DNA of 64,000 bases, from NCBI GenBank assembly GCA_004764695.1, contig SMSO01000031.1:8352761-8416760 (forward strand), given 5' to 3'. Under the pieces are notes generated by a model that was not told where the DNA came from, searched no databases, and saw only the letters and a program-made list of their open reading frames with translations. Made by a program: the position numbers and the translations under genes. Source of the DNA: Schizochytrium sp. TIO01. Its lineage: Eukaryota > Protista > Bigyra: Labyrinthulomycetes. Numbering within the stretch: the first letter of the stretch is position 1; each line of letters starts with the position of its first letter. This document shows, piece by piece, positions 1 through 11,030 of this stretch.

Positions 1-634
1 CATCACTCTATCAATCAAATAGTTAGTACTTTTCTACAAGCACCACTAGAATGCTTAACAACTCATCGACGATCAACGTGTCAAGAGATAATCTATATAT
101 GGGACCGGGGTATACTAGGTATTGACGAGTGGTCATTAGTCACGCCTTTTTATAGCCCCTTAACAGATTAAGAGTCAAATAGCTTAAACTCTAGGAGATA
201 GAGTTGCCGTATGTTGGTCCCGGGTTCGATCCCCCCATGATGTAAGTGCCTGGAAAAAGAAGGACTTACTGGGGGGTAGGGGAGTCCTATTCCTGCTGGG
301 ATGTCGAATCAGTCTCTAACCGAAATATGAACCTTTCGCCCAGAGAATGGGGGGGTGTCAAGAGATAATCTATATATGGGACCGGGGTATACTAGGTATT
401 GACGAGTGGTCATTAGTCACGCCTTTTTATAGCCCCTTAACATTATGGTGAGAGAATAGTTTTACAAATTAGACATAAGTACTTCCATCATATTATATGC
501 TATTCTTACTGAAGTCTCCCATATCCACGAATGTCAGCAGGCGCATAAAAACTTTTTATTTTTTAAAAGAAAATATTTTCAATTCTTCTTAAAATATTTT
601 TGGTAAAACCATTGATAAATATAATGTATAATAG
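1..634. repeat. Telomere-adjacent satellite of a second chromosome end (inverted near-copy of ~1478-1747), interrupted by a TRIM
   Basis: 1-78 plus 443-634 match the reverse complement of ~1478-1747 with a few SNPs and indels. Confidence 0.9.
79..442 (+). mobile_element. Non-autonomous miniature LTR retrotransposon (TRIM family A, copy 1, 364 bp)
   Basis: Identical 87-bp LTRs at 79-165 and 356-442 (TGTCAAG...CTTAACA); GATTAAGAGTC PBS abuts the 5' LTR; purine tract AGAGAATGGGGGGG abuts the 3' LTR; absent from the homologous site near 1665. Confidence 0.9.
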
Positions 635-1031
635 TAGGTTAGGTTAGGTAAGGTTAGGTAAGGTTAGGTAAGGTTAGGTAAGGTTAGGTAAGGTTAGGTA
701 AGGTTAGGTAAGGTTAGGTAAGGTTAGGTAAGGTTAGGTAAGGTTAGGTAAGGTTAGGTTAGGTTAGGTTAGGTTAGGTTAGGTTAGGTTAGGTTAGGTT
801 AGGTTAGGTTAGTTAGGTTAGGTTAGGTTAGGTTAGGTTAGGTTAGGTTAGGTTAGGTTAGGTTAGGTTAGGTTAGGTTAGGTTAGGTTAGGTTAGGTTA
901 GGTTAGGTTAGGTTAGGTTAGGTTAGGTTAGGTTAGGTTAGGTTAGGTAGGTTAGGTTAGGTTAGGTTAGGTTAGGTTAGGTTTGCTTGGTTAGGTTAGG
1001 TTTAGGTTAGGTTAGGTTAGGTTAGGTTAGG
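635..1031 (+). repeat. Telomeric repeat (TTAGG)n with proximal variant (TTAGGTAAGG)n
   Basis: About 11 TTAGGTAAGG units (~644-755), then pure TTAGG up to the N at 1032. Confidence 0.95.
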
Positions 1032-1032
1032 N

Positions 1033-1477
1033 TAACTAACCTAACCTAACCTAACTACCTAACCTAACCTACTAACCTAACCTAACCTAAACCCTAACCT
1101 ACCTAACTATAACCTAACCTAACTCCCTAACCTAAACCTAACCTAACCTAACCTAACCTAACCTACCTAACTAACCTAACCTAACCTACCTAACCTAACC
1201 TAACCTAACCTAACCTAACCTAACCTAAACCTAACCCTAACCTAACTAAACCTAACCTAACTAACCTACCCTAACCTTACCTAACCTAACCTAAACCTAA
1301 CCTTACCTAACCTACCTAACCTACCTTAACCTTAACCCTAACCCTAACCTAAACCTTACCTAACCTTACCTAACCTTACCTAACCTTACCCCTAACCTTA
1401 CCCTAACCTTACCCTAACCTTACCTCACTTACCTTAACTTACCTAACCTTACCTAACCTTACCGTAACCTTACCTAC
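1033..1477 (-). repeat. Telomeric repeat (CCTAA)n with proximal (CCTTACCTAA)n variant
   Basis: Complement of the left tract, with many 1-nt indels suggesting low consensus quality. Confidence 0.93.
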
Positions 1478-4029
1478 TTTATACATTATATTTATCATGG
1501 TTTTACCAAAAAAATTATTTGAAGAAATTGAAAATATTTCTTTAAAAAATAAAAGCTTTTATGCGCCTGCTGACATTCGTGGATATGGGAGACTTCAATA
1601 AGAATAGCATATAATATGATGGAAGTATTTATGTCTAATTTGTAAAACTATTCTCTCACCATAATTCAACGTTGATCGTCGATGAGTTGTGAAGCATTCT
1701 AGTGGTGCTTGTAGAAAAGTACTAACTATTTGATTGATAGAGTGATGACACTACAAAGTTTCCCTTTTCTGGTGATGAGTAATATGAGAAACTAAGAAAT
1801 AACTTTCAAAAGTTAATAAAAACAAAACCATAATTTTTTTTTTTTTGAACGAACACATCTACCCGGTTGTAAATGTTTCAAGCTTTCCAATGGTACCACT
1901 GGATGATTAATATATTATCTCATTGTTGAGAAAATGAATATTATACTCATCAATTTATTCTTTATCCTGCTCACAAATAGTGACAACTTGGAGCTTCTTT
2001 TCTCAAGCTTGCAAGTATGTTTTTTCTCATAATTCAAATACATGCAACTTAATAATTCATGAGCTATCGAATGGGGCTTGGAGTAAAGCTCTGGCTATTC
2101 TAATGATAAAGTTAGAACACTACTAAACTTGGTACCTTCCCCCTATTAATAATATGAGAGACCAAAATTAAACTTTCAAAGCTCAGTAAAACTATATATT
2201 AAAAGTATTTTTTCTGAGAAAACACATCTACCTTGTTGTAAATTCAAACAGCTTTCCAATGGTACCACTCGATGATTAATATATTATCTCATTGTTGAGA
2301 TATTGAATCTTATACTATTCAATTTGCCCTTTATCCTGCTAATAAATAGAGTAACAACTTGGAGCTTCTTTTCTCAAGCTTGCAAAAATACTTTCAATCA
2401 TAAATCAGACGCGGTTATCTCAAAAATTCATGATTTATCGAATGGTGCTTGTAGCAAAGTTCTGTCTGTTCTAGTAATAGAGTTATAACACTACTAAACT
2501 CCTATTAATAATATGAGAAACAAAGAAATATCTTTCAAAAGTCAATAGAACATAGTCATATATTTTTTTTCCTCTGAACCAACACATGTATCCTGCTGTA
2601 AATGGCAACAGCTTTCCAACGGTACCAATCCATGATTAATATATTGCTTAATCATTGAGAAAATGAATCTTGTACAAATCTTTTAATTCTTTCTTTTGTT
2701 ATTAAATAGAGTAACAACTTAGAGCTTCTTTTCTCAAACTTGAAAAAATATTTTCTCTCATAAATCAAATGCGGCCATCTCCACAATTCATGCGCTATCG
2801 AAGGGTTCTTCTAGAAAAGTTCTGTGTACTCTACTCGTAGAGTTAAAACACTACTAAACTCGGTTCCTTTCCCCTATTAATAATATGAGAGACAAAAAAT
2901 ACACTTTCAAAGGTCAGTAAAACTATATGTTAAAGTATTTTTCTGAGAAATTACATCTACCCTGTTGCAATTTCAAGCTGCTTTCTAATGGTACCAGTCT
3001 ATGATTTATATATGTCCCCGTTGTTGAGAAAATGCATCTTATACTAATCATTTAATTCTTTCTTTTGTTATCAAATAGAGTGACAACTTAGAGCTTCTTT
3101 TCTCAATCTTGCAAGAAGCTTTTCTCTCATAAATCAAACGCGGCCATCTCAACAATTCTTGAGCTATCGAATTGTGTTTGTAGAAAAGTTCTGTATATTC
3201 TACTCAAAGAGTTAGGACACTACTAAACTCGGCTCCACCCCCCTATTAATAATATGAGAGACTAAAGAATAACTTTCAAAGGTCAATAAAACTATATGTT
3301 AAAAGTATTGTTTTCTGAGAAAACGCATCTACCCTGTTGTAGACCTTAACAGCTTTCCAACGGTATCACTCCATGATTAATATCTTTCCCCATTGTTGAG
3401 AAAATGAACCTTATAGTAGCAAATGTTTTCTTATCCTGCCATTAAACAAAGTAACAACTTGGAGCTTTTTTACTCGAGCTTGCAAGCAAATTTTTTCTCA
3501 TAAATCAAATACACAGATCTTAACAATTCATACGCTATCGAGTGGGACTTGTGGCAAAGCTCTGTCTATTCTATTAATAGAGTTAGAACACTACTAAACT
3601 CGGTTTCTCTCCCTATAAATAATATGAGAAACAAAAAAATATCTTTCAAAAGACAATAACACATAATCATAATTTTATTTTTTCTGAACCAACACATCTC
3701 CCCTGTCGTAAATTGAATCTACTTTCCATCGGTACCACTCCATCATTAATATCTTTCTCCGTTGTTGAGAAAATGATTTTATACTAGCCGTTTAATTCTC
3801 TATCCTGCTCACAAATAGAGTAGCAACTTGGAGCTTCTTTTCTGAAGCTTGCAAAAACATGTTTTCTCATAAATCGAATGCACGTATCTCATTAAAACGT
3901 GAACTATTGAGTGCTTTTTATAGAAAAGTTCTGGCTTTTCTTTTCATAGAGCTAGAACACTACTAAACTCAGTTATTTCTCCTTATTAATAATATGAGAA
4001 ACCAAAAATAAACTTTCAAAGGTCAGTAA

Positions 4030-4393
4030 TGTTAAGGGGCTATAAAAAGGCGTGACTAATGACCACTCGTCAATACCTAGTATACCCCGGTCCCATATAT
4101 AGATTATCTCTTGACACCCCCCCATTCTCTGGGCGAAAGGTTCATATTTCGGTTAGAGACTGATTCGACATCCCAGCAGGAATAGGACACCCCTACCCCC
4201 CAGTAAGTCCTTCTTTTTCCAGGCACTTACATCATGGGGGGATCGAACCCGGGACCAACATACGGCAACTCTATCTCCTAGAGTTTCAGCTATTTGACTC
4301 TTAATCTGTTAAGGGGCTATAAAAAGGCGTGACTAATGACCACTCGTCAATACCTAGTATACCCCGGTCCCATATATAGATTATCTCTTGACA
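4030..4393 (-). mobile_element. TRIM family A, copy 2 (364 bp) with AGTAA target-site duplication
   Basis: 87-bp LTRs at 4030-4116 and 4307-4393; AGTAA at 4025-4029 and 4394-4398; I count 2 internal substitutions versus copy 1. Confidence 0.93.
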
Positions 4394-5121
4394 AGTAAAA
4401 CTATATGTTAAAAGTATTTTTTCTGAGAAAACACATCTACCCTGTGTCAAATCTTAACAGCTTTCCAACGGTACCACTCCACGATTAATATCTTTCCCCG
4501 TTGTTGAGAAAATGAACCTTATACTAATCATTTTGCTGCGCACAAATAGACTGGCAACTTCGAGCTTCTTTTCTCAGGCTTGACAGGGTCTTTTTTCTCA
4601 CAAATCAAATTCGGGCATCTCAGCATTTCGTGTGCTATCAAGGGATTCCTATATCAAAGTCCTTTCTATTCTATGCATTGAGTTAGAACACTACTAAACT
4701 CAGTTCTTTCTCCCTATTAATGATATGGGCGACTAAGAAATAACTTTCAAAGGTCAGTAAAAATAAAGTTTAAAATATTTCGCCTGAGAAAACACATCTA
4801 CCCTGTGTCAAATCTTAACAGCTTTCCAACGGTACCACCTGATGATTAATATCTTTCCCCGTTGTTGAGAAAATGAACCTTATACTAATCCTTTTTCTGC
4901 TCACAAATAGAGTGGCAACTTAGAGCTTCTTTTCTCAGGCTTGCAAGAAGAGTTTCTCTCATAAATCAAATGCACCCACTTTCAATATTACTCAGCTATC
5001 AGACGATACTTGTAGCAAAGTTCTGTCTATTATATGCATAAAGTTACAACACTACTAAACTCGGTTCCTTCCCCCTATTAATAATATGAGAGACCAAAAA
5101 TAAACTTTCAAAGGTCAGTAA

Positions 5122-5756
5122 TGTCGCGAGGACTGTTGCTCGGTTCTTATATGCAGGTCTTATATTAGGTGGGAACACGGGTAAGCGTTTCCCACAGTAG
5201 AGGGAAAAGGGAAAGAAAAACAGAAGAGACGGGAATCGAACTCAAGACGTAAGAAACCTTTTAATTATTTTAACCAAAAGGTGGTCTTAGCACTAAGCCG
5301 AATATTGTTGCTTCGCTGTACCTTATATAGATAATAGCTCCCAACAATACACCCCTTACGGACGTGAGAAACGATTTGTTCTTCCTGTGAAAGTTGAAGT
5401 TTATTAGTACGTACCACTGGAGCTATGACTGTGAATGTCCAGCTGGCGGACACCCCTGACTGTGAGGGGGGTACGACTAAGCTTTTCACTGCTCTACCCC
5501 AGAGTGCAAGCACTTTGGGCCCATAACCTGTCGCGAGGACTGTTGCTCGGTTCTTATATGCAGGTCTTATATTAGGTGGGAACACGGGTAAGCGTTTCCC
5601 ACAGTAGAGGGAAAAGGGAAAGAAAAACAGAAGAGACGGGAATCGAACTCAAGACGTAAGAAACCTTTTAATTATTTTAACCAAAAGGTGGTCTTAGCAC
5701 TAAGCCGAATATTGTTGCTTCGCTGTACCTTATATAGATAATAGCTCCCAACAATA
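5122..5756 (-). mobile_element. TRIM family B (635 bp), Copia-type, with AGTAA target-site duplication
   Basis: Identical 228-bp LTRs at 5122-5349 and 5529-5756; minus-strand PBS GGTTATGGGCCCA directly after ...GCGACA (5528-5516); short purine tract AAGGGGTG before the 3' LTR; AGTAA at 5117-5121 and 5757-5761. Confidence 0.92.
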
Positions 5757-7384
5757 AGTAAAACTATATGTTTAAAGTATTTTTTCGGAGAAATCACATC
5801 TACCCTGTTGTAATTTCAAGCAGCTTGCCAATGGTACCACTCCATGATTTATATATTTCCCCGTTGTTGAGAAAATGCATCTTATACTAATCATTTATTT
5901 ATTTCTTTTGTTATCAAATAAAGTGACAACTTAGAGCTTCTTTTCTCAAGCTTGCAAGAAGCTTTTCTCTCATAAATCAAATGCACTCATCTCAACAATT
6001 TATGCGCTATCGAAAGATTCTTCCAGAAAAGTTCTGCTTACTCTACTCATAGAGTTAAAACACTACTAAACTCGGTTCCCTCCCCCTATTAATAATATGA
6101 GACACAAAAAATAATCTTTCAAAGGTCAGTAGAAAAACATTTTAAGAATATTTCAGCTAAGCAAACACATCAACCCTGTTGTAAATTGCCCCAGCTTTCC
6201 AACGGTACCACTCCATGATTTATATACCTCCCCGTTGTTGAGAAAATGCATCTTATACTAATCATTTATTTATTTCTTTTGTTATCAAATAGAGTGACAA
6301 CTTAGAGCTTCTTTTCTCAAGCTTGCAAGAACATTTTTTCTCATAAATCAAATGCACTCATCTTAACACTTCATAAACTATCGATTGATGTTTGTAGAAA
6401 AGCTCTGTCGATTGTATTTATAGAGATACAACACTACTAACCCAGTTCCTTCCCCCTATTAATAATATGAGAGACAAAAAAAATAACTTTTAAAGGTCAG
6501 TCAAATGCATGTTTAAAGTATTTTTTCTGAGAAAACACATTCAATCTGTTGTAAATTCAACCAGCTTTCCAATGGTACACTTCAATAATTAATATATTAT
6601 CCCGTTGTTAAGAAAATGAATCTTATACTAACCATTTAATTCTCTGTCCTGCTCACAAACAGAATGATAACTTGGAGCTTCTTTTCTCAAGCTTGACAGG
6701 GTCTGTTTTCTCACAAATCAAATTCGGGCATCTCAACAATTCGTGTTCTATCAAGGGATGTCTATAGCAAAGTCCTTTCTATTCTATTCATAGAGTTAGA
6801 GCACTACTAAACTCAGTTCTTTCTCCCTATTATTGATATGGGCGATTAAGAAATAACTTTCAAAGGTCAGTAAAAATAAATTTTAAAAACATTTCGCCTG
6901 AGAAAACACATCTACCCTGTTGTAAATTGCCCCAGCTTTCCAACGGTACCACCTGATGAGTAATATCTTTCCCCGTTGTTGAGAAAATGAACCTTATTCT
7001 AATCATTTTGCTGCTCACAAATAGAGTGGCAACTTAGAGCTTCTTATCTCAGGCTTGAAAGAAGAGTTTCTCTCATAAATCAAATGCACCCACTTTAACT
7101 ATTATTCAGCTATGCGACGATGCTTGTAGCAAAGTTCTATCTATTATATGCATAAAGTTACAACACTACTAAACTTGTTCCCTCCCCCTATTAATAATAT
7201 GAGAGACCAAGAAATAACATTCAAAGGTCAATAAAAATTAATTTTAAACATATTTCGCCTGAGAAAACACATCTCGCCTATTGTAAATCTTAACAGCTTT
7301 CCAACGGTACCACCTGTTGATTAGTATCTTTAGTGGTTAATGAAATATTGTCCCTTGTGAGGATCCATCAACTGCTTGTTTAAA

Positions 7385-8955
7385 TAAAGTGATAACTAGG
7401 AGCTTCTTTTCGCAAGCTTGAAAGCATATTTTCTCGCAACGATTACAACTATACTGTGGTAACAACGACGCACTTCCCGACGGTGCTTGTCGAAAAGACC
7501 TAACAATTTTATCAAGAAAGTTATAACAGTACTAAGTTTAGTTCTTTTCTCTTATTAATAATATAGAAGAGTAACATTTTCTTTTAAAAGTTCGAAAAAT
7601 ACTTTCAAAGATTTGTTTTTTCTGACTCATGCCATCATCCGTATTCTGTATTGCTTGCGCTTTCTACTGATCCAAATCTTTAAATGATCAATAATGTAGT
7701 TGTGGAGATAATGGGGTTTTGAAGAAGTGAGAGGCTGCTGCCAAATACCTGGAAGGGTATTTTCTCATAATTTTAGAACGATTTCCTCTGGAGAACTTCA
7801 ATAGTATAGCTCTCCATAAATTTTCTGGTCTAATGGTGCAAGAATAACATGTGTCTTTCGAGTAGTTGTCGAGAAAATATGTCTTTCTTTCTTTCGATAA
7901 TCCATCAGTTGCCTGATAAAGTGATCACTTGGAGCTTCTTTCCGCAAGCTTGAAAACATAATTTTTCGCAACGATTATAACTATACTGTGGTAAAACCGA
8001 CGCAGGTCCCGTCAGTGCTTGTCAAAAATATCTAGCTACTTTATCCAGAAAGTTACAACAGTACTAAGTTTAGTTCTTTTCTCTTATTAATAATATAGAA
8101 GAGTAACATTTTCTTTTAAAAGTTCGAAAAATACTTTCAAAGATTTGTTTTTTCTTGTTCATGTCATCGTCCGTATTCGTTATTGCTTGCGCTTTCTACT
8201 GATCCAATTCTTTAAATGATCAATAAAGTAGTTGTGGAGATAATGGGGTTTTGAAGAAGTGGGAGGCTACTGCCAAATACCTGGAAGGGTATTTTCTCAT
8301 AAATTTCGAATGCTTTCCTCTGGAGAATTTCAATAGTACAGCTCTCCATAAAATCGCTGATCTAATGGTACAAAAATAACATGTGTCTTTCAAGTATTTG
8401 TCGAGAAAATATGTCTTTCTTTCTTTCGATAATCCATCAGTTGCCTGCTAAAGTGATCACTTGAAGCTTCTTTCCGCAAGCTTGAAAACATATTTTTTCG
8501 CAACGATCATAACTACCCTGTGGTAAAACCGACGCAGGTCCCGTCAGTGCTTGTCAAAAAGATCTAGCTATTTTATCCAGAAAGTTACAACAGTACTAAG
8601 TTTAGTTCTTTTCTCTTATTAATATTATGGAAGAGTAACATTTTCTTTTCAAAGTTCGAAGAATACTTTCAAAGATTTGTTTTTTCTCACTCATGCCATC
8701 ATCCGTATTTTATATTGTTTGCGCTTTCTACTGATCCAAATCTTTAAATGATCAATAAAGTAGTTGTGGAGATAATGGGGTTTTGAAGAAATGGGAGGCT
8801 GCTGCCAAATTCCTGGAAGGGTATTTTCTCATAATTTTAGAATGGATTCCTCTTGAGAACTTTCACAGTACAGCTCTCCATAAATTTGCTGATCGAATGG
8901 TGCAAGAATAACATGTGTCTCTCAAGTAGTTGTCGAGAAAAGCTGTCTTTCTTTA
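7385..8955. repeat. Subtelomeric ~531-bp satellite (~3 units)
   Basis: AGCTTCTTT[T/C]CGCAAGCTTGAAA recurs near 7400, 7932 and 8463; first part is homologous to the 366-mer. Confidence 0.9.
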
Positions 8956-8984
8956 TTTATTCTGAGTTAAATTAAAAATAATTT

Positions 8985-11030
8985 CAAAAGATGGCAACTA
9001 CGTAGGGGTCAAACTCGATGTTGCCAAGAGTATTTTTCAATTCAGGCACACCTATTCTATGCAAAATTAAATTTCCGATCTAATGATATCATTTTTATGG
9101 ATCTCACTCTTCTTGGTGTTGATAAAATACCCCTTTGTTCAAAGTAATAGTATATTGAGAAAGACAGAGCGAGTTGAAAGAAGCGTTATAAGGATGATGT
9201 AGGGGTCTTCTGAGCCATTAATAAAATGTTTTTTAACTTTTGTGCTGTCACCATGTTCATTCTTGCCGAATCCTAGCTCGTAGTTCAAAAACGAAAAACA
9301 TCAATCAACTCCTCATCGAGAAAAGACCCCCTCAATATCAATAGCATTATTCTTACTTTCTTTTAAAAATTAAAAACCTTCAGTTCGATTTAAAAGAAAA
9401 TTAAAAGATGGCAACTACGTAGGGGTCAAACTCGATATTGCCGACCGTATTTTTCAATTCTGACACGCCTATCCTATGCAAAATTGAATTTTCTATCCAA
9501 TGATGCCACTGTTATGGACCTCTCTTTGCTTGGGGTTGATTAAATACCCCTTTGTTCAAAGTAATAGCATATTGAGAAAGACAGAGCGAGTTGAAAAAAG
9601 CGTTATAAGGATGATGTAGGGGTCTTCTGAGCCATTAATAAAATGTTTTTTAACTTTTGTGCTGTCACAATGTTCATACTTTCCGAACCCTAGCTCGTAG
9701 TCCGAAAACGAAAAACATCGATCAACTCCTTATCGAGAAAAGATCCCCTCAACAGTATCTTTTTCTTACTTTCTGTTTCAAATTAAAAACCTTTAAATAG
9801 ATTTAAAAGAAAATTAAAAGATGGCAACTACGTAGGGGTCGAATTCGATGTTGCTGACAGTATTTTGCAATTCTGGCACACCTATCCTATGCCAAATTGA
9901 ATTTCCTGTCCAATGGTACCCCTTTTAAGGATCTCACGTTTCTTGGTGTTGATAAAATACCCCTTTGTTTAAAGTAATAGTATATTGAGAAAGACAGAGC
10001 GAGTTAAAAGAAACGCATTAACTATGATGTAGGGGTCTTCTGAGTTATCAATCAAAATACTTTTTACCTTTTGGGCTGCTACAATGTTCATACGCTCTGA
10101 CGCCTAGCTCGTAGTCCAAAAACGAAAATCATCGATCAACTCCTTGTCGAGAAAATACCCCCTAAGTAGTATGTTTTCTTACTTTCTTTTTAAAAATAAA
10201 AACTTCAGTTCGATTTAAAAGAAAATTAAAAGATGGCAACTACGTAGGGGTCAAACTCGATATTGCCGACTGTATTTTTCAATTCTGACACACTTAATCT
10301 ATGCACAATTAAATTGCCGATCTAATGATACCACTTTCATAGATCTCCTTTTGCCTGGTGTCGACAAAAGACCCCTTTGTTCAAAGTAATAATATATTGA
10401 GAAAGAAAGACTGAGTTAAAAGAAACGTCTTAACTATACTGTAGGGGTCTTCTGAGCCATTAATAAAATGTTTTTTAACTTTTGTGCTGTCACAATGTTC
10501 ATACTTTCCGAACCCTAGCTCGTAGTCCAAAAACGAAAAACATCGATCAACTCCTTGTCGAGAAAAGACCCCCTCAATAGTATGTTTTCTTACTTTCTTT
10601 TAAAAATTAAAAACTTTCGGTTCGATTTTAAAGAAAATTAAAAGATGGCAACTACGTAGGGGTCAAACTCAATGTTGCTGACAGTATTTTTCATTTCTGA
10701 CTCACCTATCATATGCCAAATTGCATTCTCTGTCCAATGGTACCACTTTAATGGATCGCCCGTTGCTTGGTGTTGATAAAATACCCCTTTGATCAAAGTA
10801 ATAGTATATTGAGAAAGACAGAGCGAGTTAAAAGAAACATTAAAATGATGATGTAGGGGTCTTCTGAGCTACCAATCAAAACGTTTTTACATTTTGGAAT
10901 GTTACAATGTTTATACGCTCTGACGCCTAGCTCGTAATCCAAAAACGAAAATCATCGATCAACTCCTTGTCGAGAAAAGACCCCCTAAATAGCATTATTT
11001 TTACTTTCTTTTTTAAATTAAACATCTTTA
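8985..11030. repeat. Subtelomeric ~413-bp satellite (~5 units)
   Basis: AAAAGATGGCAACTACGTAGGGGTC near 8986, 9403, 9816, 10228 and 10640. Confidence 0.93.

Larger units (their letters stand above)
1478..7385. repeat. Subtelomeric ~360-371 bp satellite array (~14 units plus two TRIM insertions)
   Basis: ACACTACTAAA-type marker near 1748, 2117, 2488, 2848, 3217, 3588, 3958, 4688, 5049, 6060, 6431, 6801 and 7163; most units carry CTTTCCAA[T/C]GGTACC and GAGCTTCTTTTCTCAAGCTTG. Confidence 0.95.

Noticed and set aside
5265-5585. 106-aa ORF across TRIM B
   Set aside because: Spans LTR, PBS and internal region, has a non-ATG start and no gag/pol motifs
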